From an uncultured Gammaproteobacteria bacterium (GTDB taxonomy: Bacteria > Pseudomonadota > Gammaproteobacteria > Berkiellales > Berkiellaceae), in NCBI GenBank assembly GCA_964395835.1, contig CAYNBJ010000006.1:28912-92911 (forward strand): DNA of 64,000 nucleotides. The letters are read 5' to 3'. Shown piece by piece: positions 31,327 through 40,023 of this stretch (position 1 is the stretch's first letter; the number at the start of each line of letters is the position of its first letter). Both the position numbers and the translations under genes were made by a program. The notes beneath the pieces were generated by a model that was not told where the DNA came from, ran no database searches, and worked only from the letters and a program-made list of their open reading frames with translations.

Positions 31327-32259
31327 TTAGCAAAACTTCATAGAGTCTGCATAGTCTTTTATCATAACTTTCATTTCTTTTTCACCGTTAGCATCATAAT
31401 AACTCATTTTTTTTAATGGAAATTTCCTCATCCAAGTTCTTTGATGCTTCGCTAATTGACAATTAGCAATAATTGTTCGGAAACGAGCATCGGAACAAGT
31501 CATACGCCCTTCTAGCCAATCACGATACTGACGATACCCAACAAAACGCCAAAAAGATAAATCTGCAGCTGGATAATGACTATATAAAAATTCAATTTCC
31601 TCAATCAGACCTTCGCGCAACATGCGATCTACTCTATTTGCCAAAAGAGACCTATGCGCATCTTTATCGAAATAATCCCAACCAACAAAATCAACCTGAT
31701 ACTGATAGGGTATCAGTTCTGTTTGTTTTATAGGGGCATGAGAATCTGATGTCTCTAATAGAAAAGTTTCTAATGCTCGATAAACTCGATGCGTATTATT
31801 TTGATCGAAATTCGGATCCAAACAAGGATGATTGGACTTTAAATACGCATAAGCTTTATCTTTTGTTGGCCATTGTGATAAAACATACTGCCGAAATGAA
31901 TCGCTCACGGACGCTTTCGCACTTAATCCTTTATATAAAACATATGCATACATCATTGTGCCGCCTAAAATAAGAGGGACTTTGCCTTTTGCCAAAACAG
32001 ATGCAATTGCTTTTTGACTTTGATAAAAATACTCTGCAACATTAAAAGGATCGTTTACAGAACAAACATTAATGACATGATGAGGGCAAAGATTTAAAAG
32101 ATCGGCATTAGGCTTATTAGCAACAATACTCAACTCTCTGTAGACCAAGGCAGAATCTAGGCTAATAATTTCAAGCTCAAGTTCTTGCGCCCATTGTGCG
32201 ACAACATCTGTCTTCCCAGTCCCTGTAGGACCTATAATAGCCAAGATCGATTTATTCAT
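31327..32259 (-). CDS. miaA: tRNA dimethylallyltransferase
   Basis: P-loop GPTGTGKT and LILGGTMMY. Canonical mutL-miaA-hfq order. Confidence 0.9.
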   Translation of the reverse strand: MNKSILAIIGPTGTGKTDVVAQWAQELELEIISLDSALVYRELSIVANKPNADLLNLCPHHVINVCSVNDPFNVAEYFYQSQKAIASVLAKGKVPLILGGTMMYAYVLYKGLSAKASVSDSFRQYVLSQWPTKDKAYAYLKSNHPCLDPNFDQNNTHRVYRALETFLLETSDSHAPIKQTELIPYQYQVDFVGWDYFDKDAHRSLLANRVDRMLREGLIEEIEFLYSHYPAADLSFWRFVGYRQYRDWLEGRMTCSDARFRTIIANCQLAKHQRTWMRKFPLKKMSYYDANGEKEMKVMIKDYADSMKFC

Positions 32260-33694
32260 AACCAGGAAACCCTTTTATAGCAAGCAATTGTTTAATTTCA
32301 AAAGAGCCAAAATTCATAATAAAAAAAGATTGTTTTTTTATCCATGCCTCAAAATCTTCATCATGAGATCGCAGAGTCAACAACATGATCCGCTCATCCT
32401 GAGGAGATTCACAAGCATTCCCCAAAACGTCATAAGCTTTTTTTAATCGAGAAAAATCTAACAAGAACGCACGTTGTTCATGATCAGAGCAAATGAGCGT
32501 CTCCTCATCAATACGAATCACCCTCAGCGCTCCATAAGCACTTATCTTATGCTCGAAGGATGGCAGATGTGCGAAATTTTTCATTTGTAAATCTCTGAAT
32601 AATGGTTCTGTTTGTGTTAAACATGCCCCCTCTCCTCCAACGGAATCTGATTCATTCCGAGCGAAATCACGCACTATACCGGAAGAAACAGCGCCTTGAT
32701 ACAAATGATCTATCCCGTAATCTTGAGCACAATAAGCTCCCAGAAAACTCTGAAAAAAATCCACGATGGTATGCAAAATTGCATCCTCTTTAAAAAAACC
32801 AATCTGATGCTTTTGTGGGTGAACATTCACATCAATATCACGAGAAAAAAGATCAATCGATACAATCAAGATCCCCTGTTGAACAAAACGCTGAGCCGCT
32901 TTTAAAAAAACAGATTGCGCCACCCAGCGCTTATTCACGACCCATGTCTGATCTAAACCTTTGGTATTATCAGGATAATACCAAGCGCGAATGACGCCGC
33001 TATCAAAAATTTGCTCCTGATAAATCCAAGATTTCGCCTTCGTTTGCGGATAAGCTTGCATAAGACGATCAAGAAAATGAGTTGTTTTCACTGCCGATAA
33101 ACGCATTAAAACTTTCCCATTATTTTTCAGCTCGATATTGACATCTTCTTGCATCACTAACAAAGCGCGCACTCTATCACAAACTCTTTTTGTCTCTAGG
33201 TGTGTGTTTTTTAAAAGCTTTCTCCGCACAGGGATAGGTGCGAACAAATTCGCACAAATGACCTCAGTCCCAAAACGTAATGCTCCACAAGGATGAACAC
33301 GCGGCGTTTTATCAGGAAGCACTGAAACTAATTCAAAGCCTATATCACTGTTGGCCTGACGAGTACGAATTGTTAAATTAGAAACCGTGCAAATACTAAA
33401 TAAGCCTTCACCTCTAAAACCAAAAGTATCAAGATTCTCTAAATCACTTATACGCACAATCTTGCTTGTGGCATACTTTTGAATACTTAATTGCAGATCA
33501 GCCTCATTGAGCCCAATTCCATCATCTCGAATACTGATAGATTCAATACCGCCATAACTCAAATCAATATGGATATTTTTCGCTTGGGCATCTAAGCTAT
33601 TTTCAATCAGCTCTTTTAAGACATCCCGCGGACCGTGAATCACTTCACCTGCCGCAATTAAAGCAGCGACTGATGGATCAAGAAATTGGATCAT
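32252..33694 (-). CDS. mutL: DNA mismatch repair protein MutL (short, 480 aa)
   Basis: GHKL ATPase motifs LKELIENSLDA, DDGIGL and TFGFRGEGL. The C-terminal dimerisation region is short. Confidence 0.85.
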   Translation of the reverse strand: MIQFLDPSVAALIAAGEVIHGPRDVLKELIENSLDAQAKNIHIDLSYGGIESISIRDDGIGLNEADLQLSIQKYATSKIVRISDLENLDTFGFRGEGLFSICTVSNLTIRTRQANSDIGFELVSVLPDKTPRVHPCGALRFGTEVICANLFAPIPVRRKLLKNTHLETKRVCDRVRALLVMQEDVNIELKNNGKVLMRLSAVKTTHFLDRLMQAYPQTKAKSWIYQEQIFDSGVIRAWYYPDNTKGLDQTWVVNKRWVAQSVFLKAAQRFVQQGILIVSIDLFSRDIDVNVHPQKHQIGFFKEDAILHTIVDFFQSFLGAYCAQDYGIDHLYQGAVSSGIVRDFARNESDSVGGEGACLTQTEPLFRDLQMKNFAHLPSFEHKISAYGALRVIRIDEETLICSDHEQRAFLLDFSRLKKAYDVLGNACESPQDERIMLLTLRSHDEDFEAWIKKQSFFIMNFGSFEIKQLLAIKGFPGYE

Positions 33695-34122
33695 AGAATC
33701 TCTATAAAAATTTCACGTTCAAAATTTGATTTCACATGAATGCGAATTATGCCACTTGCAAGCATTTTTAATTCAGAAAAACGCTCTCCCCACTCAACAA
33801 AGTTCAAATAATCCATCATATCTGGCAAATTGAGAACACCTAGCTCTCTTGCTGTCTCAATACGATACAGATCGTAATGCGCCATTTTTAAATCCGAGTA
33901 AAATTCCATCAAACTGTATGTCGGACTTGTTAACACTTGCTGATATCCATGTTTTTTTGCCCACTGCTGAACAAATAAAGTTTTTCCAGAACCCAATGGA
34001 CCTTCTAACAACCATAATCCTTGATTGCAAGAACAAGCAGAGAAGAATTCCAACACATCCGCCCATAAATCTGCGTGTTCTTCAACAGAATGACAATAGG
34101 GGATCAGAAACGATTTATGCAT
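33691..34122 (-). CDS. tsaE: tRNA t6A biosynthesis protein TsaE (YjeE ATPase)
   Basis: GPLGSGKTLFVQ P-loop, TSPTYSLMEFY and HYDLYR motifs. The start is set at MHKSF (34122), which gives an E. coli-like distance to the P-loop. Confidence 0.8.
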   Translation of the reverse strand: MHKSFLIPYCHSVEEHADLWADVLEFFSACSCNQGLWLLEGPLGSGKTLFVQQWAKKHGYQQVLTSPTYSLMEFYSDLKMAHYDLYRIETARELGVLNLPDMMDYLNFVEWGERFSELKMLASGIIRIHVKSNFEREIFIEIL

Positions 34123-34191
34123 GATTGAGAGAAAAGTAACAAATATCAAGCTTATTTTAACATCTTTCTTAAAATCGATCTATGACAATGA

Positions 34192-34743
34192 TTAAGAAAG
34201 ATTTTTTTGATAATAGAGATACTCTTGCATAGATTCCATAATATCATCTAATGCTCTATGCTTTTGGTTGCTTTTTTCAAAAAGTGACTTCTGTGGTCGC
34301 AAAAATGGCCATAAGGTTTTTAATGTAGAAATATCAATCTGCCGATAATGAAGAAATTTTTCAAAATACGGCATCTCTTTTTTGAGAAAATACCGATCTT
34401 GATGAATCGAATTTCCACACAAAAATCCTTGCTGGTCATCCATGCCCAATGCCCTCAGATCGCGAAGCAACACTTGCTGAACTTCTTGCGCTGTATGAGA
34501 AGATTCCAAACAAAGGCTCCACAATCCAGATCCCCCATGATGCTCTTGATTCCATGCATCCATTTGCTCTAAACGCGACTGTGTGCAGCTCAGAGCCCAA
34601 GAGTTTTGATAGAGTATTTTTTGACAATCAGGAAGAGTGACCAAAATAGCAATTTCCAACAGACGGTCAGAAAACACATCGAGACCCGTCATCTCACAGT
34701 CAATCCATACGAAATAGATCTGTTTTTCCACAAGACCTGTCAT
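34192..34743 (-). CDS. orn: Oligoribonuclease
   Basis: DEDDh exonuclease motifs WIDCEMTGLD, GNSIHQDRYFL and HRALDDIMES. 183 aa. Confidence 0.92.
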   Translation of the reverse strand: MTGLVEKQIYFVWIDCEMTGLDVFSDRLLEIAILVTLPDCQKILYQNSWALSCTQSRLEQMDAWNQEHHGGSGLWSLCLESSHTAQEVQQVLLRDLRALGMDDQQGFLCGNSIHQDRYFLKKEMPYFEKFLHYRQIDISTLKTLWPFLRPQKSLFEKSNQKHRALDDIMESMQEYLYYQKNLS

Positions 34744-36764
34744 GATGATTTTTCCAATCCATAGTATGTTAAAAGATAATCCACAGAAAGCGGCTCGCCT
34801 AAAAAGTCATCAAGGTTTTTCTTAAGATTTGCATCTCCGCCTCTATTTAAAAAAGCTTTTCTAAATGCCATTCCAGCCTCAGACCAAGATGTTGCTTCAG
34901 CAAGGGCTTGCATTTTTGCATAGACCTGATGCACATAAACCTCTGCCCAAAGATAAGAATAATACCCCGCACTATATCCACCTGAAAAAATATGACAAAA
35001 TGTCATAGGAAAACAGTCGCTCTCTAAAACACCTAATGGCCAATACTTTCCACCTATTTCTCTCCAAGATGAGATTGTTTCTTCACGATGAAAATTCTGG
35101 TTATGCGCATTCCAATCATAAAAACCCAACAAGGCCTGTCTTAATAAAAAGCGCGCAGCTCCATAGCGCTCTTTAGAATAAATTTTTTCAATCCACTCTT
35201 GAGGTAAAGGCTCTTGCGTATCTTTGTGTTGACCTAAATTTTTTAAAAAAACCGGCTGCTTCGACCATTGCTCAGCAAGCATACTTGGCAATTCCACAAT
35301 ATCCCACGGCACATCGCTAATACCAGAACAAGGAGCTAAAGGATGCCGACTTAACAGTCCATGCAAACAATGTCCCAATTCATGATACAAAGTCTGCACC
35401 TCATCAGAGCGCCATTGCTCTTTTTCATGAAAATTTGAAATACATAAAATGTGCGCAACATTCTTCCAATCCTGATAATCTGTAGATACAGACAGCTCAT
35501 CCATCCATGCACCAGACATTTTGAGAGGTCGTTGAAAGAGATCGAAATAAATATATCCTAAAAGCGTATGATTTTTCTGTTCATAAACCGCGACACAAAA
35601 AACATCTTCATGCCAAAAAGAACCTGGATCTGTCATCACAGGCTCAAAAGAAAGTCCGTAGAGTTCTGAAAAGACTTTAAAAAACTCAGCGAGCACATGA
35701 TCTTTCCCAAAATAATCTTTTAGCTCTTGCTCAGTAATATTTAAAAGTGATTCTTCCTGCAAGCGACTACAATATGCTATATCCCAATGAGATAAAGAAT
35801 CTTCAATCAGTGCTTGTTTTTTTGCATATATTTGCAAAATATCAATTTCTTGGCGAGCTATATTGGGAAGAAGATCAAGAAACTGCTTGTAAAAATCATC
35901 TACCTCTGAAGGAGACTGAGCTAAGCGATCACTGAGCTGCTCATGCTGATAGGATGGATATCCTAAAATATTTGCTTTTTTTAAGCGCAAATCTAAAAGC
36001 GTCTGCGTAATATCTGCATTGTTTGCATTTTTACAGATATCTGCAGGTCCGCAGCGTGTAATACAGGCACGGTAATACTGCGCCCGAAGATCGCGGTTCT
36101 CAACGTAATCTAATACTAACTGCCGGCATAAGGCTGTTCTATTCATTTGATAAAGGCCATTTTCTTGATTGATTGAAAGCAGTTTTTTCTGCTCAACACT
36201 CAATCCCTTCAGAGACTCTTCGGGCCACTCAAAAATGGTGTGTTCTTCAGAATCGAGAACGTTTTGCTGAAAATGTTGTGACAAGCTGGATAATTCAAGA
36301 TTGATTTTTTGCAGCTCTTCTTTTTTTTCAGCGCTCAGATGTGCTCCTGCCTGCCGCATATGTTTGAGAAAACGATGAATAACCTCTGCACACGCAGACA
36401 TTCTGGGATAAGATTTTTGATGTTTCTCAAAAACATTTAATGCCTTTTCAAAAGAATGATATAAGTCAGGATCAAACAGATATTTCATAGAAAATTTTTG
36501 CAGCTCTTCTAGCGATTGAGCATGCAAAGCACGCAACTCTTTAGAATGCATGACCCTGTCATAAAGAGAAATCTCGCCCCATAAAACATCGAGATCATAT
36601 CGAGAACGTAAAAAATGAATAAATGCAGCTTCCACTTCTAGCGGATCTGCGTCTTCAAAGTTGATCTGGCTCCAAATTGCATAAGATTGATCTATTTTTG
36701 CAGATAAAAGCGCAAGCTCTTGATACAAAGCAGTCCGCTGTTCTAGTTTATGAAAACGATACAT
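34740..36764 (-). CDS. prlC: M3 family zinc metallopeptidase (oligopeptidase A-like)
   Basis: HELGHCLH (HExxH) in an M3-sized protein. The start is set at ATG 36764 (MYRFHKLEQ), which has a GGAGAG Shine-Dalgarno 6 nt upstream. The 27-codon TTG-initiated extension in the ORF track lacks one. Confidence 0.82.
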   Translation of the reverse strand: MYRFHKLEQRTALYQELALLSAKIDQSYAIWSQINFEDADPLEVEAAFIHFLRSRYDLDVLWGEISLYDRVMHSKELRALHAQSLEELQKFSMKYLFDPDLYHSFEKALNVFEKHQKSYPRMSACAEVIHRFLKHMRQAGAHLSAEKKEELQKINLELSSLSQHFQQNVLDSEEHTIFEWPEESLKGLSVEQKKLLSINQENGLYQMNRTALCRQLVLDYVENRDLRAQYYRACITRCGPADICKNANNADITQTLLDLRLKKANILGYPSYQHEQLSDRLAQSPSEVDDFYKQFLDLLPNIARQEIDILQIYAKKQALIEDSLSHWDIAYCSRLQEESLLNITEQELKDYFGKDHVLAEFFKVFSELYGLSFEPVMTDPGSFWHEDVFCVAVYEQKNHTLLGYIYFDLFQRPLKMSGAWMDELSVSTDYQDWKNVAHILCISNFHEKEQWRSDEVQTLYHELGHCLHGLLSRHPLAPCSGISDVPWDIVELPSMLAEQWSKQPVFLKNLGQHKDTQEPLPQEWIEKIYSKERYGAARFLLRQALLGFYDWNAHNQNFHREETISSWREIGGKYWPLGVLESDCFPMTFCHIFSGGYSAGYYSYLWAEVYVHQVYAKMQALAEATSWSEAGMAFRKAFLNRGGDANLKKNLDDFLGEPLSVDYLLTYYGLEKSS

Positions 36765-36896
36765 CTGAGTCTCTCCAGCACAATAGCAATAAGTCATCCA
36801 TGAAAAAAGCATGTAAAATATCCATCGCATGAAAAACATTTCCAAACAACTGGCTATATTTTGATTGTAGTATATCCAAAAAAAACTCTGCCGAAC

Positions 36897-36916
36897 AATG
36901 TTCCACGTGGAACATT
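36897..36916. repeat. 20-bp perfect palindrome AATGTTCCAC|GTGGAACATT in the prlC/engB divergent spacer
   Basis: Read directly from the sequence. It is self-complementary over 20 bp with a CACGTG core and is followed on the plus strand by TTTTTT. It lies 55 nt upstream of the engB ATG. Confidence 0.6.
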
Positions 36917-36970
36917 TTTTCTATTAATCGATCTTTTGTTTTGATAGAATATATAAAATTATTGATTTTT

Positions 36971-37609
36971 ATGAGCTTTATGTTTAGAGAACCAAAGTTT
37001 CTTTTAAGTTGTGGTCATTGGCGCCAATGGCCACCGAATAGAAAAGAGCCGATTATTGCATTTTGGGGTCGCTCAAATGTAGGCAAATCATCTTTAATTA
37101 ATCTCTTAACACAATCTAAAATAGCGCATGTCTCTAAGACTCCAGGAAGAACGCGTCTCTTAAATGTTTTTGAAACGCCGCATCCTGCAACGTTGATTTG
37201 CGATCTGCCTGGATATGGATACGCTGAAATGAGTAAAACTGAAAGCCTCGATGTTGCCACTCGCTTAGAACAATATCTCAGAAGTCCACATCAGCCCCAT
37301 TTACTCTGTTGGCTTGTAGATCTACGCCACGGATTATTAAAAAGTGATCTCGCTATTGCTCCTTTGATGCAAGAATTTTCTCAACATCGAGACCTGCTTG
37401 TGATTGGAACAAAATGCGACAAACTTTCAAAATCAGACAAAGCAAAAGCCATTTCACTCTTAGAAAACCAGCTTTCTATGCTGGGATGCAACAGCGATTT
37501 ATTTATTCCTGTCAGCGCTCTCACCAAAGAAGGCGTAGAAAATCTGAGAGAAGTCTTATCTCAATTTACACAATCTTATTATGCCCAACAATCTCCGACA
37601 GAAACCTGA
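36971..37609 (+). CDS. engB: Ribosome biogenesis GTP-binding protein EngB/YihA
   Basis: G1 GRSNVGKSSLIN, DLPGYGY and GTKCDK (G4). The start is set at ATG 36971. Confidence 0.9.
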   Translation: MSFMFREPKFLLSCGHWRQWPPNRKEPIIAFWGRSNVGKSSLINLLTQSKIAHVSKTPGRTRLLNVFETPHPATLICDLPGYGYAEMSKTESLDVATRLEQYLRSPHQPHLLCWLVDLRHGLLKSDLAIAPLMQEFSQHRDLLVIGTKCDKLSKSDKAKAISLLENQLSMLGCNSDLFIPVSALTKEGVENLREVLSQFTQSYYAQQSPTET

Positions 37610-40023
37610 ATCTCTAAAGGCACACGTAATAAGACTGCTTGCTCCATGCCTTTTTTAAGCTGAGGTACAACTCTTTCGATCACGCCAGTTGGTATCTCAA
37701 AAACCAACTCATCATGCACTTGCATGATGAGTTGCACATCGTATTCTTCGAGGACAGGCTGCAAATCAATCATGGCTTTCTTGATCAGCTCACTTGCGGT
37801 TCCCTGCAAAGGCCCGTTGACAGCAGCTCTCCATGACTGTTTATCATTTCGATCTAAAACAATATGCCGACCAAAGAGTGTTTCAACATACCCTTTGATT
37901 TGCGCCTGTGCTTTCATCTCTTCCATATAGTTGAAAACTCCAGGATAAATTTCAAAATATCTATCAATCAAATGCTGACACTCACCCACAGACAGTTTCA
38001 GTTGCTTCGATAAACCAAAAGCACTCATCCCATAGATTAAACCAAAATTCACTGTCTTGGCTTTCGCACGCAGCTCTGAAGAAATTTGATTGCTAGGAAC
38101 GCCAAATAAGAACTCTGCTGTTTGTGCGTGAATATCTTCCCCTTTCTCATATGCATCTAAAAGTCTCAGATCTTGACTAAAATGGGCCATTAAACGAAGC
38201 TCGATCTGAGAATAATCCATAGAGACCAAGTGACACAACGCAGGTGCAATGACTGCTTTTCGCAATTGTGCACCCTCTTTGCTCCGAATTGGAATATTTT
38301 GAATATTCGGATTTGCAGAACTTAAACGACCAGTAATTGTCCCTGTCTGATCATATGTTGTGTGCAATCGACCATCAGCTTGCAAACGGGATAGCCAAGC
38401 TTGCGAATACGTAGAACGAAGTTTTTGATAGTGCCGATACTCTAAAATTTTAGGCACCATCGGATGCAAATCTTTGAGCGCGTATAAAGCTTCTTCATTA
38501 GTAGAATACTGTCCGCTTGCTGTTTTTTTAGAGGGATTTAAATTCAATTGACTAAATAAAATTGAAGATAACTGCTTAGGGGAATTGATATTAAAATCAC
38601 AACCAGCATAAGAAATAATTGATGCTCTTATAACCTCTTGCTCTGCATACCAAATTTTATCAAGTTCTTCTATATACTCTTTATGAATTAAAACTCCATG
38701 TTTTTCCATTGCGTGCAGAATGGAAATTATAGGATATTCAATGCGCTGTATTGTATCTTTTTGTAAGGGGGTAAGCCCTTTTTCTATCAATTGATCAACC
38801 GCTTGAACTAAAGCATAAGAGGCTATTTGCTGTGAAGACAAGACCTCTATGCCGACTTGCCGCTGGTGATAATGTGATAAAATACGATAGTCATGAAATT
38901 TTAAAGGCAACATCCCAAAAATCTGCAAAAAAGATTTTGCACATGACAAAACACTCTCTCGAGATCTCATCGCTTGCACAAAAAGCACACCCTCATCACA
39001 CGGACCAGTCCAAACTGTCCATTGTCCCTGAACACATTGGCCCAATTCCATACGATGATCTGGATACAAAAATATCGAGAGACTCGAAGTGGATTGGAGA
39101 TCGAAAAATTGATTGAGTGTCTCACAAATGCAGCAATCTTCGCGCTTTAATTGCGGCATAGAGCGCTGCATCATCATCCAGAAACTCTTTAATTCATATT
39201 GCTCACAAAATCCTTCTAGCGCCTGATAATCAATTGGACTCTGTACAGGCAGGGTCTCACGATCTAAAGATGCAGGCCATTCAAGATTTTCTGATGGCTG
39301 AAACTGAAACAGAGCTCTTGATAAAAAAGCCTGTTCCTGAAAACGCTCAAAATTCACTTTCATTTTTTCTGAAAGCTGATCAAGATGATTATAAATATTA
39401 TCTAACGATCCGTATTGTATCAAAAGTTTTTGTGCGGTTTTAGGGCCAATAGATGGCACCCCCAAGATCCCGTCTGCACTATCACCAACAAGAGAAAAAT
39501 AATCAATAATCTGAGATGACTCAATACCATACTTTTCTGTAATGTAAGTCATGCCTAAAATTTCTTTTTTTAAAGGATGGTAAAGAGAAATGCCAGGTGT
39601 TTCAAGAAGCTGAAGAAAATCCTTATCAGGAGAAACAATCAAAATATTTTTCTGCAATAAGGCATAATGCCGAGCAACTAAGGCGATCAGATCATCAGCT
39701 TCTGTCCCACTTTTTCGAACGATCGGCCATCCTAAAAGACGTGCAAATTCTAAAATGGCGTCAATTTGCATCAATAACTCAGGATCGGGAGTTTTACGAT
39801 GCGCTTTATATTGTTCAAACAAATGATGCCGATGTGTAGGCCCACGGGCATCAAAAAACAAAACAAAGGGAACTGCTGGATAATCATGCCTCAATTTTTG
39901 CAGCATATTTGCAAAGCCCACCAAAGCACCTGTTGGAAAGCCCGTTTGAGTTTTTAAAGGAGGCAATGCATGATACGCTCTGAAGATATAGGATGTTGCG
40001 TCAACTAAAAGCAAATCAATCAT
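37579..40023 (-). CDS. polA: DNA polymerase I (814 aa; the 3'-5' exonuclease region appears degenerate)
   Basis: 5' nuclease domain (GTEADDLIA, DKDFLQL, GVPSIGPKTA). Polymerase motifs A VSMDYSQIELRLMAH, B RAKAKTVNFGLIYGMSAFGL and C IMQVHDELVFE. Confidence 0.95.
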   Translation of the reverse strand: MIDLLLVDATSYIFRAYHALPPLKTQTGFPTGALVGFANMLQKLRHDYPAVPFVLFFDARGPTHRHHLFEQYKAHRKTPDPELLMQIDAILEFARLLGWPIVRKSGTEADDLIALVARHYALLQKNILIVSPDKDFLQLLETPGISLYHPLKKEILGMTYITEKYGIESSQIIDYFSLVGDSADGILGVPSIGPKTAQKLLIQYGSLDNIYNHLDQLSEKMKVNFERFQEQAFLSRALFQFQPSENLEWPASLDRETLPVQSPIDYQALEGFCEQYELKSFWMMMQRSMPQLKREDCCICETLNQFFDLQSTSSLSIFLYPDHRMELGQCVQGQWTVWTGPCDEGVLFVQAMRSRESVLSCAKSFLQIFGMLPLKFHDYRILSHYHQRQVGIEVLSSQQIASYALVQAVDQLIEKGLTPLQKDTIQRIEYPIISILHAMEKHGVLIHKEYIEELDKIWYAEQEVIRASIISYAGCDFNINSPKQLSSILFSQLNLNPSKKTASGQYSTNEEALYALKDLHPMVPKILEYRHYQKLRSTYSQAWLSRLQADGRLHTTYDQTGTITGRLSSANPNIQNIPIRSKEGAQLRKAVIAPALCHLVSMDYSQIELRLMAHFSQDLRLLDAYEKGEDIHAQTAEFLFGVPSNQISSELRAKAKTVNFGLIYGMSAFGLSKQLKLSVGECQHLIDRYFEIYPGVFNYMEEMKAQAQIKGYVETLFGRHIVLDRNDKQSWRAAVNGPLQGTASELIKKAMIDLQPVLEEYDVQLIMQVHDELVFEIPTGVIERVVPQLKKGMEQAVLLRVPLEIQVSVGDCWA

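Noticed and set aside
36765-36845. Apparent signal peptide (MEMFFMRWIFYMLFSWMTYCYCAG) on the M3 peptidase, which would imply an exported oligopeptidase
   Set aside because: It depends on a TTG start without a Shine-Dalgarno. The ATG at 36764 has a strong GGAGAG Shine-Dalgarno at ideal spacing and gives an E. coli OpdA-like length. The exported-protease idea is therefore not supported.
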